Positions 41,347 to 50,431 of a stretch of 64,000 nt of DNA are shown in pieces. Source of the DNA: Candidatus Daviesbacteria bacterium. GTDB taxonomy: Bacteria > Patescibacteriota > Microgenomatia > Daviesbacterales > UBA10151. Below the pieces are notes generated by a model, which searched no databases, was not told where the DNA came from, and was given only the letters and a program-made list of their open reading frames with translations. How positions within the stretch are numbered: position 1 is the first letter of the stretch; each line of letters begins with the position of its first letter. Where the stretch lies: the NCBI GenBank assembly GCA_016432425.1, contig CP066688.1, forward strand, positions 276,368 to 340,367, in the 5' to 3' direction. Both the position numbers and the translations under genes were made by a program.

Positions 41347-41916
41347 TTAATTGTCTCCTTCATTCTCGTCATTGCGAGGAGCCGAAGGCGACGAAGCAAT
41401 CCCTTCTGAGCCAGATTGCTTCGCTTCGCTCGCAATGACGTTACTACGTCCTACCACCACTTGTGCTGGTCTTAGGACTTTTCCGTTTAACTTATACCCC
41501 CGCCTGACTACTCTTAAAATTATATTATCATCACCCTCCTGGGTGTCAACTGCCTCATGAAGGGCCGGATCAAATTGGACGCTTTGTCCTGAGCTTGTCG
41601 AAGGACCTGCCTCAATCTGACCCAACCCCTCTGACTCCAGTACCTGTTTAAACTCTTTCACAGCCAGCTCTACCCCTCTAAACCACCCACTTTGTTTTTC
41701 TTCCTCACTTACTCCAGAAAGTGCTGTTTCTAGATGATCTAAAGTGGGGATCAGTTTTCTGATAAGCTCTGCTCCCACAAAATTAGTCAGCTCTGACCTG
41801 CCCTCAGATACCCTTTTTTCCAAATTATGATAATCCGCCACAGCGCGTTTGAGTTGGTTTTCCAAATCAATAACTTTATTCTCTAAATCTGTTATTTTGG
41901 TATCTGTTTTTTTCAT
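41347..41916 (-). CDS. grpE: Nucleotide exchange factor GrpE with repeat-derived C-terminal extension
   Basis: 189 aa with coiled-coil N-terminus and the ...FDPALHEAV...RRGYKLNGKVLRPAQVVV core. The last ~30 aa are encoded by the palindromic element at 41367-41440. Confidence 0.85.
   Translation of the reverse strand: MKKTDTKITDLENKVIDLENQLKRAVADYHNLEKRVSEGRSELTNFVGAELIRKLIPTLDHLETALSGVSEEEKQSGWFRGVELAVKEFKQVLESEGLGQIEAGPSTSSGQSVQFDPALHEAVDTQEGDDNIILRVVRRGYKLNGKVLRPAQVVVGRSNVIASEAKQSGSEGIASSPSAPRNDENEGDN
41367..41440. repeat. 74-bp nested palindromic (MITE/REP-like) element inside the grpE 3' coding region
   Basis: Terminal IR CGTCATTGCGAG / CTCGCAATGACG (12 bp, perfect). Inner IR GAAGCAATC / GATTGCTTC (9 bp, perfect). 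Confidence 0.55.
41584..41605. repeat. In-frame repeat copy in grpE (encodes PSTSSGQ in a loop preceding FDP)
   Basis: TTGTCCTGAGCTTGTCGAAGGA is identical to the dnaK copy. Confidence 0.45.
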
Positions 41917-42000
41917 AATTTTATAGTTTTAGGTCGAACTGGCCTTTTTGCTCCCCAGACTTCATAACAGTCTTAAGAGCGTTGCAAAAATGGCCAAGCA

Positions 42001-42729
42001 CTAAAATCCTCCTAAAGCTTGGGTAACCAAATCTCTCACATATTTAACATAGGGCAAAATTAATGGAAAATTCATCCGGCTCGGCCCAATTACTCCAATC
42101 ACCCCAGTTTTATCCGGGCTGGCTGTATATCTGGCAAAGACAAAGCTGGTCGGACGCAAATTTTCAAATCCCAACTCATCCCCAAATAAAATATGTATCG
42201 GATCTGCTCCCTGGGCTTTGCTAATAATTTCCTGCAGACGAGGAAATTCATCAAATAAACTCAAGACAAAACGGGCCACATCAATATCATAAAACTCCGG
42301 CCAGTCCAAAATATTGGCTGCTCCTGCATAATAAAGTTCACCCTCATCATCAATGGCCAAACCCAGCATATCGCAACGGCTGGCTAAATTCCTGACTGCC
42401 TCTTTTAGAAGCAGTTGGTGTTTAGCTCTATTTTGCCAAAGATTTTCTTTGATGGAAACTTCAGCTGTCACCGACAGCTGTTTTTCTTTCATTAACTCCT
42501 GGATGTAGAGCCTCATACCTAAGGAAGTGGGGACTCGGCCAGCGCTAGTGTGAGGTTGTTTTAAATAACCTAGTTCAGTCAGTTTAACCATCTCAATTCT
42601 AATGGTGGCAGGGGAAACCCCCAAATTATATTTGCGCTCAATTACTTCTGACCCTACGGCCTGGGCATTTTCCGCATACTCTTCTACAATGGCTTTTAAA
42701 AGTGCTTTTTGTCTATCTGTTAAATCCAT
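42001..42729 (-). CDS. hrcA: Heat-inducible transcription repressor HrcA
   Basis: MDLTDRQKALLKAIVEEY...GSEVI... is the HrcA N-terminal winged helix. ATG at 42729 is preferred over the longer track ORF. Confidence 0.8.
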   Translation of the reverse strand: MDLTDRQKALLKAIVEEYAENAQAVGSEVIERKYNLGVSPATIRIEMVKLTELGYLKQPHTSAGRVPTSLGMRLYIQELMKEKQLSVTAEVSIKENLWQNRAKHQLLLKEAVRNLASRCDMLGLAIDDEGELYYAGAANILDWPEFYDIDVARFVLSLFDEFPRLQEIISKAQGADPIHILFGDELGFENLRPTSFVFARYTASPDKTGVIGVIGPSRMNFPLILPYVKYVRDLVTQALGGF

Positions 42730-42732
42730 AAA

Positions 42733-42759
42733 AACTAGCACTAATCTACCACGACTGCT
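42733..42759 (-). promoter_or_regulatory. Degenerate CIRCE-like operator overlapping a TTGACA/-10 promoter upstream of hrcA
   Basis: On the minus strand, TTAGCAGTC-N9-TAGTGCTAG compares with CIRCE TTAGCACTC-N9-GAGTGCTAA (15 of 18 matches). TTGACA lies 17 nt upstream of TAGATT. Confidence 0.45.
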
Positions 42760-42914
42760 AACCCTTGTCAAGAGACAATTACCAACCCAAAAGCAAACTA
42801 AAATTGGCAACAAAATTTGCGATCGTTTATTTTGTTACCACTAGCTTCTAGTTGAATCTCAGATGAATACGATTTATGATTTTAAAATACTTAAAAACGC
42901 TTCTTGGGGAATTT

Positions 42915-42938
42915 TCCTTCGACTACGCTCAGGATTAT
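42915..42938. repeat. Short dispersed repeat copy (CCTTCGAC-TAC-GCTCAGGA), hrcA/lepA intergenic
   Basis: Matches the 2402 copy at 18 of 19 core positions. Confidence 0.45.
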
Positions 42939-42952
42939 AACTGCCCCACTAC

Positions 42953-44743
42953 TTATGATTTCAGGATGCTAAGAAATGCCTTCTGAGGGATTTCTACACG
43001 TCCTATCATTTTCATTTTCTTCTTTCCCTTTTTCTGCTTTTCCAAAAGTTTATCTTTTCTGGTTCTATCTCCTCCATATAATTTAGCTGTCACATCTTTT
43101 CTAAAAGGAGAAACGGTCTCTCTGGCAATAATGGTTCCCCCAATGGCCGCTTGAACAGCGATGGCAAAATTTTGCCTGGGTAGCACTTCTTTTAATTTTT
43201 CTACCATCCGGCGTCCAAAATTTTCAGCTTTGCTTCGAACAACTATACTGGAAAGTGCATCCACTTTCTCTCCGGCCACTAAGATGTCGACTTTGGCTGC
43301 ATCCACTTCTCTAAACTCTAAAAATTCGTAGTCCAGTGAAGCAAAACCGCTTGAAGTTGATTTTAATTTATCATAAAAATCAGTTACCATCTCTGAAAGG
43401 GACATTTGGTAAGAAAGCTCCACTTGGACTCCAAAATGCTGCATATTCACAAACTTGCCTCTCTTGTTAACAACCAGATCCATGACTGGCCCAATGTAAA
43501 CCTGAGGAATAAAAATTTTTAGAGACACCCATGGTTCTTTGATAACCTGCATGCTGCTGGGGTCAAGTTCGGCTGGGTTATGGACTATTTTCCCGTCAAT
43601 TTCATATTCCACCGAAGGGACAGTGGCTATTAGATCTACTCCAAACTCTCCTGACAACCTTTCTTGAACTACTTCCGCATGAAGTAATCCCAAAAACCCA
43701 CACCTAAAACCATTACCCAAAGCCCGGGAACTCTCTAGTTCAAAAGTAAAAGCAGGATCATTTAAACGAAATTTATTTAAAGCCTCCTTGGCATCAATAT
43801 AATCATCTTGGTCAATAGGGAAAAGTCCCACATAAACCATGGGTTTAACTTCTTTATAACCAGGCAAAGGTTTTGGCATTACACCTCCGAGGTGTGATGT
43901 GATAGTATCACCCACCCTAACCTTATCTGGTTCTTTTACTCCAGTTGCTATAAATCCTATTTCGCCAGCTCTCAGTTGTTCTGTTGATGTTAGCTGCGGC
44001 GCAAAATAACCCATCTCCAAAACTTGACCTTCAGCTTTAGTTCCTAAAAACTTAATAGAAGACCCTGTTTGGGGAACTTCTCCCTCTACCACTCTAACTT
44101 GAGCTATCACCCCTTTAAATGAATCAAAGAAGCTATCAAATATCAATGCTTTGAAACTTCCACCCTTGGAGCCGACACCTGCGGATTTTGGGGGCGGAAT
44201 ACGTTCAACTATGGCTTTTAAAAGTTCCTCTACTCCCTCTCCGGTCTTTCCGGAAACTAACAGTATCTCTGATGCTGAAAAGCCAAAACTATCAACTAAT
44301 TGTTTCTTTACTTCTTCTACATCAGCATTTGGTAAATCAATTTTGTTCACTACGGGAATTAAAGTTAAATTTTGATCCAAGGCTGAGAGTCCATGGGCCA
44401 GAGTTTGAGCCTGGATACCTTGAGTAGCATCCACTAAAAGTATTGCTCCCTCCACCGCAGCTAAAGCCCGGGAAACTTCATAAGAAAAATCCACGTGCCC
44501 AGGAGTATCAATTAAGTTTAGAGTATATTCTTCCTCAATGACATTTTTTCTATATCTATACTTTAACCTTACAGGTGCCAGCTTAATAGTAATACCACGT
44601 TCACGTTCCAAGGCTAAAGAATCCAGTAGCTGAGGTTTTAATTTATCCTTAGCAACAGTCCCGGTAATTTCTAACAACCGGTCAGCCAAGGTAGATTTAC
44701 CATGATCAACATGAGCAATAATACTAAAATTCCTAATATTCAT
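42953..44743 (-). CDS. lepA: Elongation factor 4 (LepA)
   Basis: 596 aa, NFSIIAHVDHGKSTLADRLL, with LepA-specific C-terminal domain. Confidence 0.95.
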   Translation of the reverse strand: MNIRNFSIIAHVDHGKSTLADRLLEITGTVAKDKLKPQLLDSLALERERGITIKLAPVRLKYRYRKNVIEEEYTLNLIDTPGHVDFSYEVSRALAAVEGAILLVDATQGIQAQTLAHGLSALDQNLTLIPVVNKIDLPNADVEEVKKQLVDSFGFSASEILLVSGKTGEGVEELLKAIVERIPPPKSAGVGSKGGSFKALIFDSFFDSFKGVIAQVRVVEGEVPQTGSSIKFLGTKAEGQVLEMGYFAPQLTSTEQLRAGEIGFIATGVKEPDKVRVGDTITSHLGGVMPKPLPGYKEVKPMVYVGLFPIDQDDYIDAKEALNKFRLNDPAFTFELESSRALGNGFRCGFLGLLHAEVVQERLSGEFGVDLIATVPSVEYEIDGKIVHNPAELDPSSMQVIKEPWVSLKIFIPQVYIGPVMDLVVNKRGKFVNMQHFGVQVELSYQMSLSEMVTDFYDKLKSTSSGFASLDYEFLEFREVDAAKVDILVAGEKVDALSSIVVRSKAENFGRRMVEKLKEVLPRQNFAIAVQAAIGGTIIARETVSPFRKDVTAKLYGGDRTRKDKLLEKQKKGKKKMKMIGRVEIPQKAFLSILKS

Positions 44744-44752
44744 GAGGGAATA

Positions 44753-46387
44753 TTACACCTGCTCCGCAGTTTCCACAATCTCTTTGGATCTAATTTTGGA
44801 TTGTAATTTAGTGAGTCTTTTTAACAGCTCCACGTAAGTTTGCAGTTCCCTAACTTTTAAAAACCAGACTAAAATTATATAAATTGATAAAGCAAAGGCA
44901 GAGGCTAAACCTGTTAGGATAATTAAATTAATGGTCCTGGTGGTATCAAAAATCACCTGGTCTAACAACTTTATAGGAATGTAAAGCGCTCCGGCCATAA
45001 TTATGGTAGAAAGCAGCATCTTGGAAAACGGTCCCCACACCTGTCTTAAATTAAAACCGCCTATTTTGAAATGCAAGGTGAAAAAAAGTAACAAACCTGA
45101 CAAAACAGCTGCTATAGAATTCGCTAACCCCAATCCCCAAACCGGCAGATGCAAAATATTAATAAAATAAATGCTTAAAACAATATTTACTCCCACCACT
45201 ATAAAAGATACCAATACTGGTGTTTTAGTATCTCTGAGAGCATAAAAACCTCTCACCAACAAGAGTGAGGCAGCTTGAGCTGCCAAACCAATTGCCAAAA
45301 AAGCCAAAGTCATACCAGTTGAAACTGTGGCTGTCCAATCAAATTGCGAAGCCCCAAAGACTAACCGGACAGCTGGAATACGCAAAATTATCAAAATAGC
45401 AGTGGAGGGTAGAGACAAAAACAAAATCTGGTGTAGGGTGGTGAGCAGGGTCGCTTTAAATTCTTCTTTTTGTCCGCGGGATTTTTCCGTTGCCAGAACT
45501 GGTAGAGCGGCTTGAGCAATGGTGGCACCAAAAAGCCCAATCGGCACTACTTGTAAATGCTGGGCAAAAGTTAAATAAGTCACCGAAGCAGTTGAAATTA
45601 AAGAGGCCAACACCACTCCCACTGTTTCATTAATCTGCTCTGCAGCCAGCCCTAGAGTCCGAATACTCATCAGCTGAAAAATTTCTTTCACTCCCGGATG
45701 AATTAAACTTTTTAAAGACCCAATTCTAAACCCCAAAGACCAAACCAGGGGCAACTGAATCAAAGCATGCATGGCTGCTCCCATAATTACCCCCATACCT
45801 GCTGCCAAAATCCCCAAAGAGTCACTTAAAAAAATTACTCCCAAAATAATTCCCAAGTTATAAAATACTCCCGCCAGAGCAGGGATGATAAAACGTTGGT
45901 AGGACTGTAAAATTCCCACAAAAAAAGAACCCATCACTAAAAGAATTTGTCCCACCAAGATCGCTCTAGTTAGTTGGGCCACCTGTATTTTTTGAGCGGG
46001 GGTAAAACCTGGTACGATCCACCCGGTGACAATATCAGAAAAGAAAAAGACCAGTAGCGCCGCTACGGACAAAACTGCCAAGGCGATAATTAAAATTGAC
46101 TGGGCTAAACGGAAAGCTTCTGCTCGTCCTCTCTCTTCTAAATATTGAGTAAAGACCGGAATAAATGCCACAGACAGCGCACCAAAAATTAATAACTGAA
46201 AAATTAAATCTGGTAGGCGGAAAGCGGCAAAAAAGATGGCCACTGTGTCGGGAGGAAAAGTGTGAACCAGCAAGCGGTCCCGGATTAAACCCAATATTTT
46301 AGACAAAATAACTGTCCCCATAATGACCAAAGCCCCGGATAAAATGGAAGTTTGTTTGGCAGTGAGAAGTTGTAAGAATTTAACCAT
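44753..46387 (-). CDS. murJ: Lipid II flippase MurJ/MviN
   Basis: 544 aa polytopic membrane protein with MurJ N-terminal signature ...ILSKILGLIRDRLLVHTF. Confidence 0.85.
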   Translation of the reverse strand: MVKFLQLLTAKQTSILSGALVIMGTVILSKILGLIRDRLLVHTFPPDTVAIFFAAFRLPDLIFQLLIFGALSVAFIPVFTQYLEERGRAEAFRLAQSILIIALAVLSVAALLVFFFSDIVTGWIVPGFTPAQKIQVAQLTRAILVGQILLVMGSFFVGILQSYQRFIIPALAGVFYNLGIILGVIFLSDSLGILAAGMGVIMGAAMHALIQLPLVWSLGFRIGSLKSLIHPGVKEIFQLMSIRTLGLAAEQINETVGVVLASLISTASVTYLTFAQHLQVVPIGLFGATIAQAALPVLATEKSRGQKEEFKATLLTTLHQILFLSLPSTAILIILRIPAVRLVFGASQFDWTATVSTGMTLAFLAIGLAAQAASLLLVRGFYALRDTKTPVLVSFIVVGVNIVLSIYFINILHLPVWGLGLANSIAAVLSGLLLFFTLHFKIGGFNLRQVWGPFSKMLLSTIIMAGALYIPIKLLDQVIFDTTRTINLIILTGLASAFALSIYIILVWFLKVRELQTYVELLKRLTKLQSKIRSKEIVETAEQV

Positions 46388-46434
46388 TAAAGAAATTGTA
46401 TGCTAGAAAAGATGGGTAAAACAAGATCAAAAAT

Positions 46435-47112
46435 TTAGAAAATCTTAATATTAGCCATATTTTTTAAGACTTGGAATTTTTCAGAAAATATTTGACCTAA
46501 TTTTTGTTGTTTTAATAAATCCTCAGCTTCCTTTTTTTGTCCTGCTGAATCAGAGGCTCTTAAATTTTCTTTATTTTGCGTTATATAATCATCAACCTCC
46601 TGGGCAGACACGGTGGCGTCTTTGTTATAAAGTTTTTCGATAATCACCTGAATCCTCAGCTGCTGTTTCAAAGCTTGTCTATCTTGACCTTGCTGGGCGA
46701 GCAAACTATCGAGGGCCTGGGTACCGCCAACATTATTTTCCAATTCTTTGATTTTTTGATTTAAATCTTCCTCAGACACTCTTATCTGATTTTTGACTGC
46801 TTCCTGGTCAAGCAGTTTTTCATTGACCAGCTGAGAAATAACCTGCTCACGAAACTGTTGATTTAACTTAGTCTGCAACTGTAGATTAGTAATTGGCTCA
46901 TTGTTAACAGTAGCTGCTATTAACCAAGATCTTTTGAAAGCAAAGATTAAAAGCAGCCCAATAACTAGTAGCACCAGATAAAAACGGCGATTTTTTTTCC
47001 AAGTTTGGAAATTATCTAATAAGTTTCCTTTAAGGAAAAAACTTTGCTGTTGTGTTTTTTTAACCACTTTTGCCATCTGGCTGATAGTAACAAAGTATCG
47101 GCCCTTTGACAA
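46435..47112 (-). CDS. SurA N-domain-like membrane-anchored periplasmic chaperone
   Basis: 225 aa with TM anchor, then a SurA_N-like helical region (AATVNNEPITNLQLQTKLNQQ...). Confidence 0.5.
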   Translation of the reverse strand: MSKGRYFVTISQMAKVVKKTQQQSFFLKGNLLDNFQTWKKNRRFYLVLLVIGLLLIFAFKRSWLIAATVNNEPITNLQLQTKLNQQFREQVISQLVNEKLLDQEAVKNQIRVSEEDLNQKIKELENNVGGTQALDSLLAQQGQDRQALKQQLRIQVIIEKLYNKDATVSAQEVDDYITQNKENLRASDSAGQKKEAEDLLKQQKLGQIFSEKFQVLKNMANIKIF

Positions 47113-47157
47113 TGGGGGAAATCATAATAAATAGATATCAATGAAGTGTGCCCTCCA

Positions 47158-47178
47158 GCACTTCGCCGTAGCTCAGTA
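47158..47178. repeat. Diverged copy of the short dispersed repeat
   Basis: CACTTCGCCGTAGCTCAGTAC retains the CTTCG..GCTCAG cores. Confidence 0.3.
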
Positions 47179-47193
47179 CTTTCGCGCTAGATT

Positions 47194-47910
47194 TCATAAG
47201 AGGTAAATGTCAATAAATCTAGCTCTCCAGCCTGCTATTCTGGCATCATCAAAGCCTAGATCTATAATATTTCCTTTGATTGCTCCACCAGTGTCCCCTG
47301 CCACTGCCACTCCGTATCCGGGGACATAAATTTTACTTCTTAAGTTTATAACTTTGGGATCAACTGCGATCACTCCCTTACCAGCTTTCATTCCGATGGC
47401 TGTCCATTCATTACAGCCAGGGCACCTGGAATCATAGTGAGTGGCATAAACCCTCATTTTTTTCCAATATCTAATTTCACCCTCAGGAGTTTGTATACTT
47501 TTCCAGACAATTTTGGTCCCCCGCAAAATTTGTTTATCTTTGGGGATAGTCACTTCCGTGGAGATAACCTCTCTCTTCCAAGGCTTACCTTCAAAATAAG
47601 TAACTTTAGTAATGATCGTTTTTTTACCATCCACCCCTTCATCTATTACTTTTTCAATTTCCGCATCAACTTGCGGATCATCTTGATAAACAATACTTTT
47701 GGCAATAATTTCTCTACTTTCCTCCAATTTTTCGGAAAAACGAGACTCTGTATGGAGGGGCTGGCTGGCTGGCAAAGAATCATTAACAACTGGCTGGTTG
47801 CCAGGAGCCTCTGCTAAAACAACTGTCCCCATCCAACCTTGCTGGAATAAAAATGAAGTCATCACAATTAATAAGGCACCTAGATAACGTTCCATCAAAC
47901 CTTTAACCAA
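47194..47910 (-). CDS. G5-domain and 3D-domain cell-wall-binding protein (YabE/RpfB-like)
   Basis: Signal/TM N-terminus, G5-like EKVIDEGVDGKKTIITKVTY, and C-terminal 3D motif ...AGDTGGAIKGNIIDLGFD. Confidence 0.6.
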   Translation of the reverse strand: MVKGLMERYLGALLIVMTSFLFQQGWMGTVVLAEAPGNQPVVNDSLPASQPLHTESRFSEKLEESREIIAKSIVYQDDPQVDAEIEKVIDEGVDGKKTIITKVTYFEGKPWKREVISTEVTIPKDKQILRGTKIVWKSIQTPEGEIRYWKKMRVYATHYDSRCPGCNEWTAIGMKAGKGVIAVDPKVINLRSKIYVPGYGVAVAGDTGGAIKGNIIDLGFDDARIAGWRARFIDIYLL

Positions 47911-49766
47911 TCATCTTCATTTGTACTGCTAACATCTTCATCAAAGCTATCCTCATCTTGGTAATTAGTATTACTAACCACCAACTCTTGGGGAATATCG
48001 CTTAAAAAGCGAGACACTAAATTATTTGATCTTTGCCCAAAATACAATCTAGATCTGGTGTAAGTTAAATATAGTTTCTCTTTGGCCCTGGTCATCCCCA
48101 CATAACAAAGCCTTCTTTCTTCCTCCAGCTCTGCTGTATTGAGCATAGCCCGAGAGTGAGGAAATAATCCCTCCTCCATTCCCACCATAAAAACTATGGA
48201 AAACTCTAAACCTTTGGCAGAGTGCAGAGTCATTAAAGTCACCGAGTCTTGGGTCTCCTTCCTTTGATTAGGTAAGTAGCCATTTTCCACCAAGGCCACA
48301 TTCTCTAAAAAGTCCACTAAAGAGGGGAACTCTTCTGCCACAGATCTTAATTCTTTCACATTTTCCACCCTGCCTTTGCCTTCCTGGGTGCCATCATCAA
48401 GATATGTCAGATAACCTGTTTTTTGTAAAACTAAATCTAAAAGCTCTAGGGTGGAATACCTTTCCAGGGCAGGGGAAACTTCTGTGCATAGTTCCATCAA
48501 TTTCCCTAATCTGCCTTTGCCAACTTTTTCCGCTCGCTTTATTGAAACCGAATCATTTGGATTTTGTAATAATCTTAAGTAAGCCAGTACATCTTTGATT
48601 TCCTTTCTTTGGTAAAAACTGACGCCGCCGACTAATTTGTAGGGTACACCAGCTTTTAAAAATTGTTCTTCCAAAGAACGGGATTGAGCATTAGTTCTAT
48701 ATAAAACTGCATAATCAGATAGTCTTTTTTTCTCAAGTTGTGAAATAATAAATAAAGCCTCTTCCACCTCATTTCTAACTTCCACAACTTCTATTTTTTC
48801 TCCATCATCTTTGTCAGTCCACAGCTTTAAAATTGGGTGAGTTTTATTTTTAGAAATAATAGCATGTGCTGTATCTAAGATATTCTGAGTGGAGCGGTAA
48901 TTTTGTTCTAAATTAAAAATTTTAGCATTATGGTAATCTTTTTCAAAATTAACAATGTTTCTAAAATCCGCTCCCCTAAAAGAGTAAATTGACTGGCTGG
49001 CATCGCCCACAACACAGATATTTTTATGTCTTCTGGTAAGATATTTGGCAATTAAATATTGGGCCGGGTTGGTGTCTTGATATTCATCAATCAGAATATA
49101 TTTAAACTGAATTTGGTATCGGGTTAGAATAGTGGTTTCTGTTTGAAAGAGTCTGATGGTTTTCAAAAGTAAATCATCAAAATCCAAAGCAGAGTTATTA
49201 TCCAAAATCTTCTGATATTCCAGGTAAATTTTGGCCACAGTTTCCTGGAAAAAACCCCGGGCATATTGAGGGTACTCTAAGCTAGAAATCAGCTCATTTT
49301 TGGCCTGGGAGATAGTGGCCCTAACTGCAGAGGGAGAGGTTTTTTGAGTGGGGATGTTTAAATTTCCCATAGCTTGTTTGATCGCATCCAAAGCATCACC
49401 CTCATCATAAATTGCAAAACCGGGAGGCAATCCTAAAACCTTGCCTTCTCTTCTTAAAATCCTGGCGCAAAAAGAGTGGAAGGTCCCCATCACTGGTTGG
49501 TTTAAACCTGCACTCCTGGTCTGCAGGTTCGAGTCTTGAAGAAGTTTTCTGATTCTGGTCATCATTTCATCAGCAGCACGGTTGGTAAAAGTTAAAACTA
49601 AAATATTTTCAGGTGGAATTTTTTTCTCGGAGATTAAGTAGGCAACACGGTAAGTTAAAACCCTGGTTTTTCCAGATCCTGCTCCAGCTAAAATTAATAC
49701 CGGACCCTCAGTAGTTTTGGCCGCTTCTTTTTGTTGGGAATTTAAATCATCAAGCAGACTTGGCAT
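47895..49766 (-). CDS. uvrD: ATP-dependent DNA helicase UvrD/PcrA family
   Basis: 623 aa with GAGSGKTRVLTYR Walker A and helicase motifs II-VI (DEYQDTN, VGDASQSIY, ...). Confidence 0.85.
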   Translation of the reverse strand: MPSLLDDLNSQQKEAAKTTEGPVLILAGAGSGKTRVLTYRVAYLISEKKIPPENILVLTFTNRAADEMMTRIRKLLQDSNLQTRSAGLNQPVMGTFHSFCARILRREGKVLGLPPGFAIYDEGDALDAIKQAMGNLNIPTQKTSPSAVRATISQAKNELISSLEYPQYARGFFQETVAKIYLEYQKILDNNSALDFDDLLLKTIRLFQTETTILTRYQIQFKYILIDEYQDTNPAQYLIAKYLTRRHKNICVVGDASQSIYSFRGADFRNIVNFEKDYHNAKIFNLEQNYRSTQNILDTAHAIISKNKTHPILKLWTDKDDGEKIEVVEVRNEVEEALFIISQLEKKRLSDYAVLYRTNAQSRSLEEQFLKAGVPYKLVGGVSFYQRKEIKDVLAYLRLLQNPNDSVSIKRAEKVGKGRLGKLMELCTEVSPALERYSTLELLDLVLQKTGYLTYLDDGTQEGKGRVENVKELRSVAEEFPSLVDFLENVALVENGYLPNQRKETQDSVTLMTLHSAKGLEFSIVFMVGMEEGLFPHSRAMLNTAELEEERRLCYVGMTRAKEKLYLTYTRSRLYFGQRSNNLVSRFLSDIPQELVVSNTNYQDEDSFDEDVSSTNEDDWLKV

Positions 49767-49829
49767 GCCAAATATCTTAACATAAAATTGTATAAATTTT
49801 GTACAAAAAAGTAACTGCTGGACAAGAGA

Positions 49830-50117
49830 TTGACAGGAATGCTAATATTTATCCCTATGACAGTTAAATTTCTAGATTTTTGGGCTCCCTGGTGTTCTCC
49901 CTGCAAGATGATGAATCCTATTTTAGAAGAGCTCAAAAAAGAGTGGGGGGACAAAGTAGAAGTTGTTGAAATTAATGTTGATGAAAACCCCTCTGAAGCA
50001 CAAAAATATGGAGTCATGAGTATCCCCACTTATGTGATAGAAAAAGACGGTAAAGAAATTGGCCGCAAAATAGGGGTCACCTCCAAAGAAGAGCTAAATA
50101 AATTAGCCTTATCTTAA
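49830..50117 (+). CDS. trxA: Thioredoxin (WCSPC active site)
   Basis: FWAPWCSPCKMMNPILEEL. The track ORF starts at TTG 49830; an ATG at 49857 (MTVKFLDF) is the likely true start. Confidence 0.8.
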   Translation: MTGMLIFIPMTVKFLDFWAPWCSPCKMMNPILEELKKEWGDKVEVVEINVDENPSEAQKYGVMSIPTYVIEKDGKEIGRKIGVTSKEELNKLALS

Positions 50118-50426
50118 GTGGGCTTTAAAGATCAAGTTATTCAAATTATCAAACAAATTCCTGAAGGCAAAGTTACCACTTACGGCACTATTGCCACTTT
50201 AGCAGGTCTACCCAGAGGGGGAAGACTGGTGGGAGGAATTTTACATGCCAATTCAGAAAAATTAGATCTGCCCTGGCAACGGATTATTAATCGCCATGGT
50301 TTAATCTCTACCAAATGTTTAGAACATCCCAAGCCGCTACAGAAAAAATTATTAGAAGAAGAAGGAGTCGCTGTTTCAACTGATTTCATGGTAGACTTAA
50401 AAAAATATGGCTGGTGGGGTGAGTAA
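50118..50426 (+). CDS. atl: Alkyltransferase-like (ATL) protein; MGMT DNA-binding domain lacking the catalytic Cys
   Basis: TYGTIATLAGLPRGGRLVGGIL...PWQRIINRHG has Trp in place of the PCHRV cysteine. Confidence 0.65.
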   Translation: MGFKDQVIQIIKQIPEGKVTTYGTIATLAGLPRGGRLVGGILHANSEKLDLPWQRIINRHGLISTKCLEHPKPLQKKLLEEEGVAVSTDFMVDLKKYGWWGE

Positions 50427-50431
50427 ATAAA

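Noticed and set aside
41351-41560. 69-aa plus-strand ORF SLRGAEGDEAIPSEPDCFASLAMT...
   Set aside because: It is the opposite-strand translation of the palindromic element inside grpE, not a gene.
47160-47180. tRNA-like 5' stretch GCCGTAGCTCAGT
   Set aside because: No D-loop/anticodon/T-arm (GGTTCGAATCC-like) continuation and no cloverleaf. It is better explained as a diverged copy of the short dispersed repeat.
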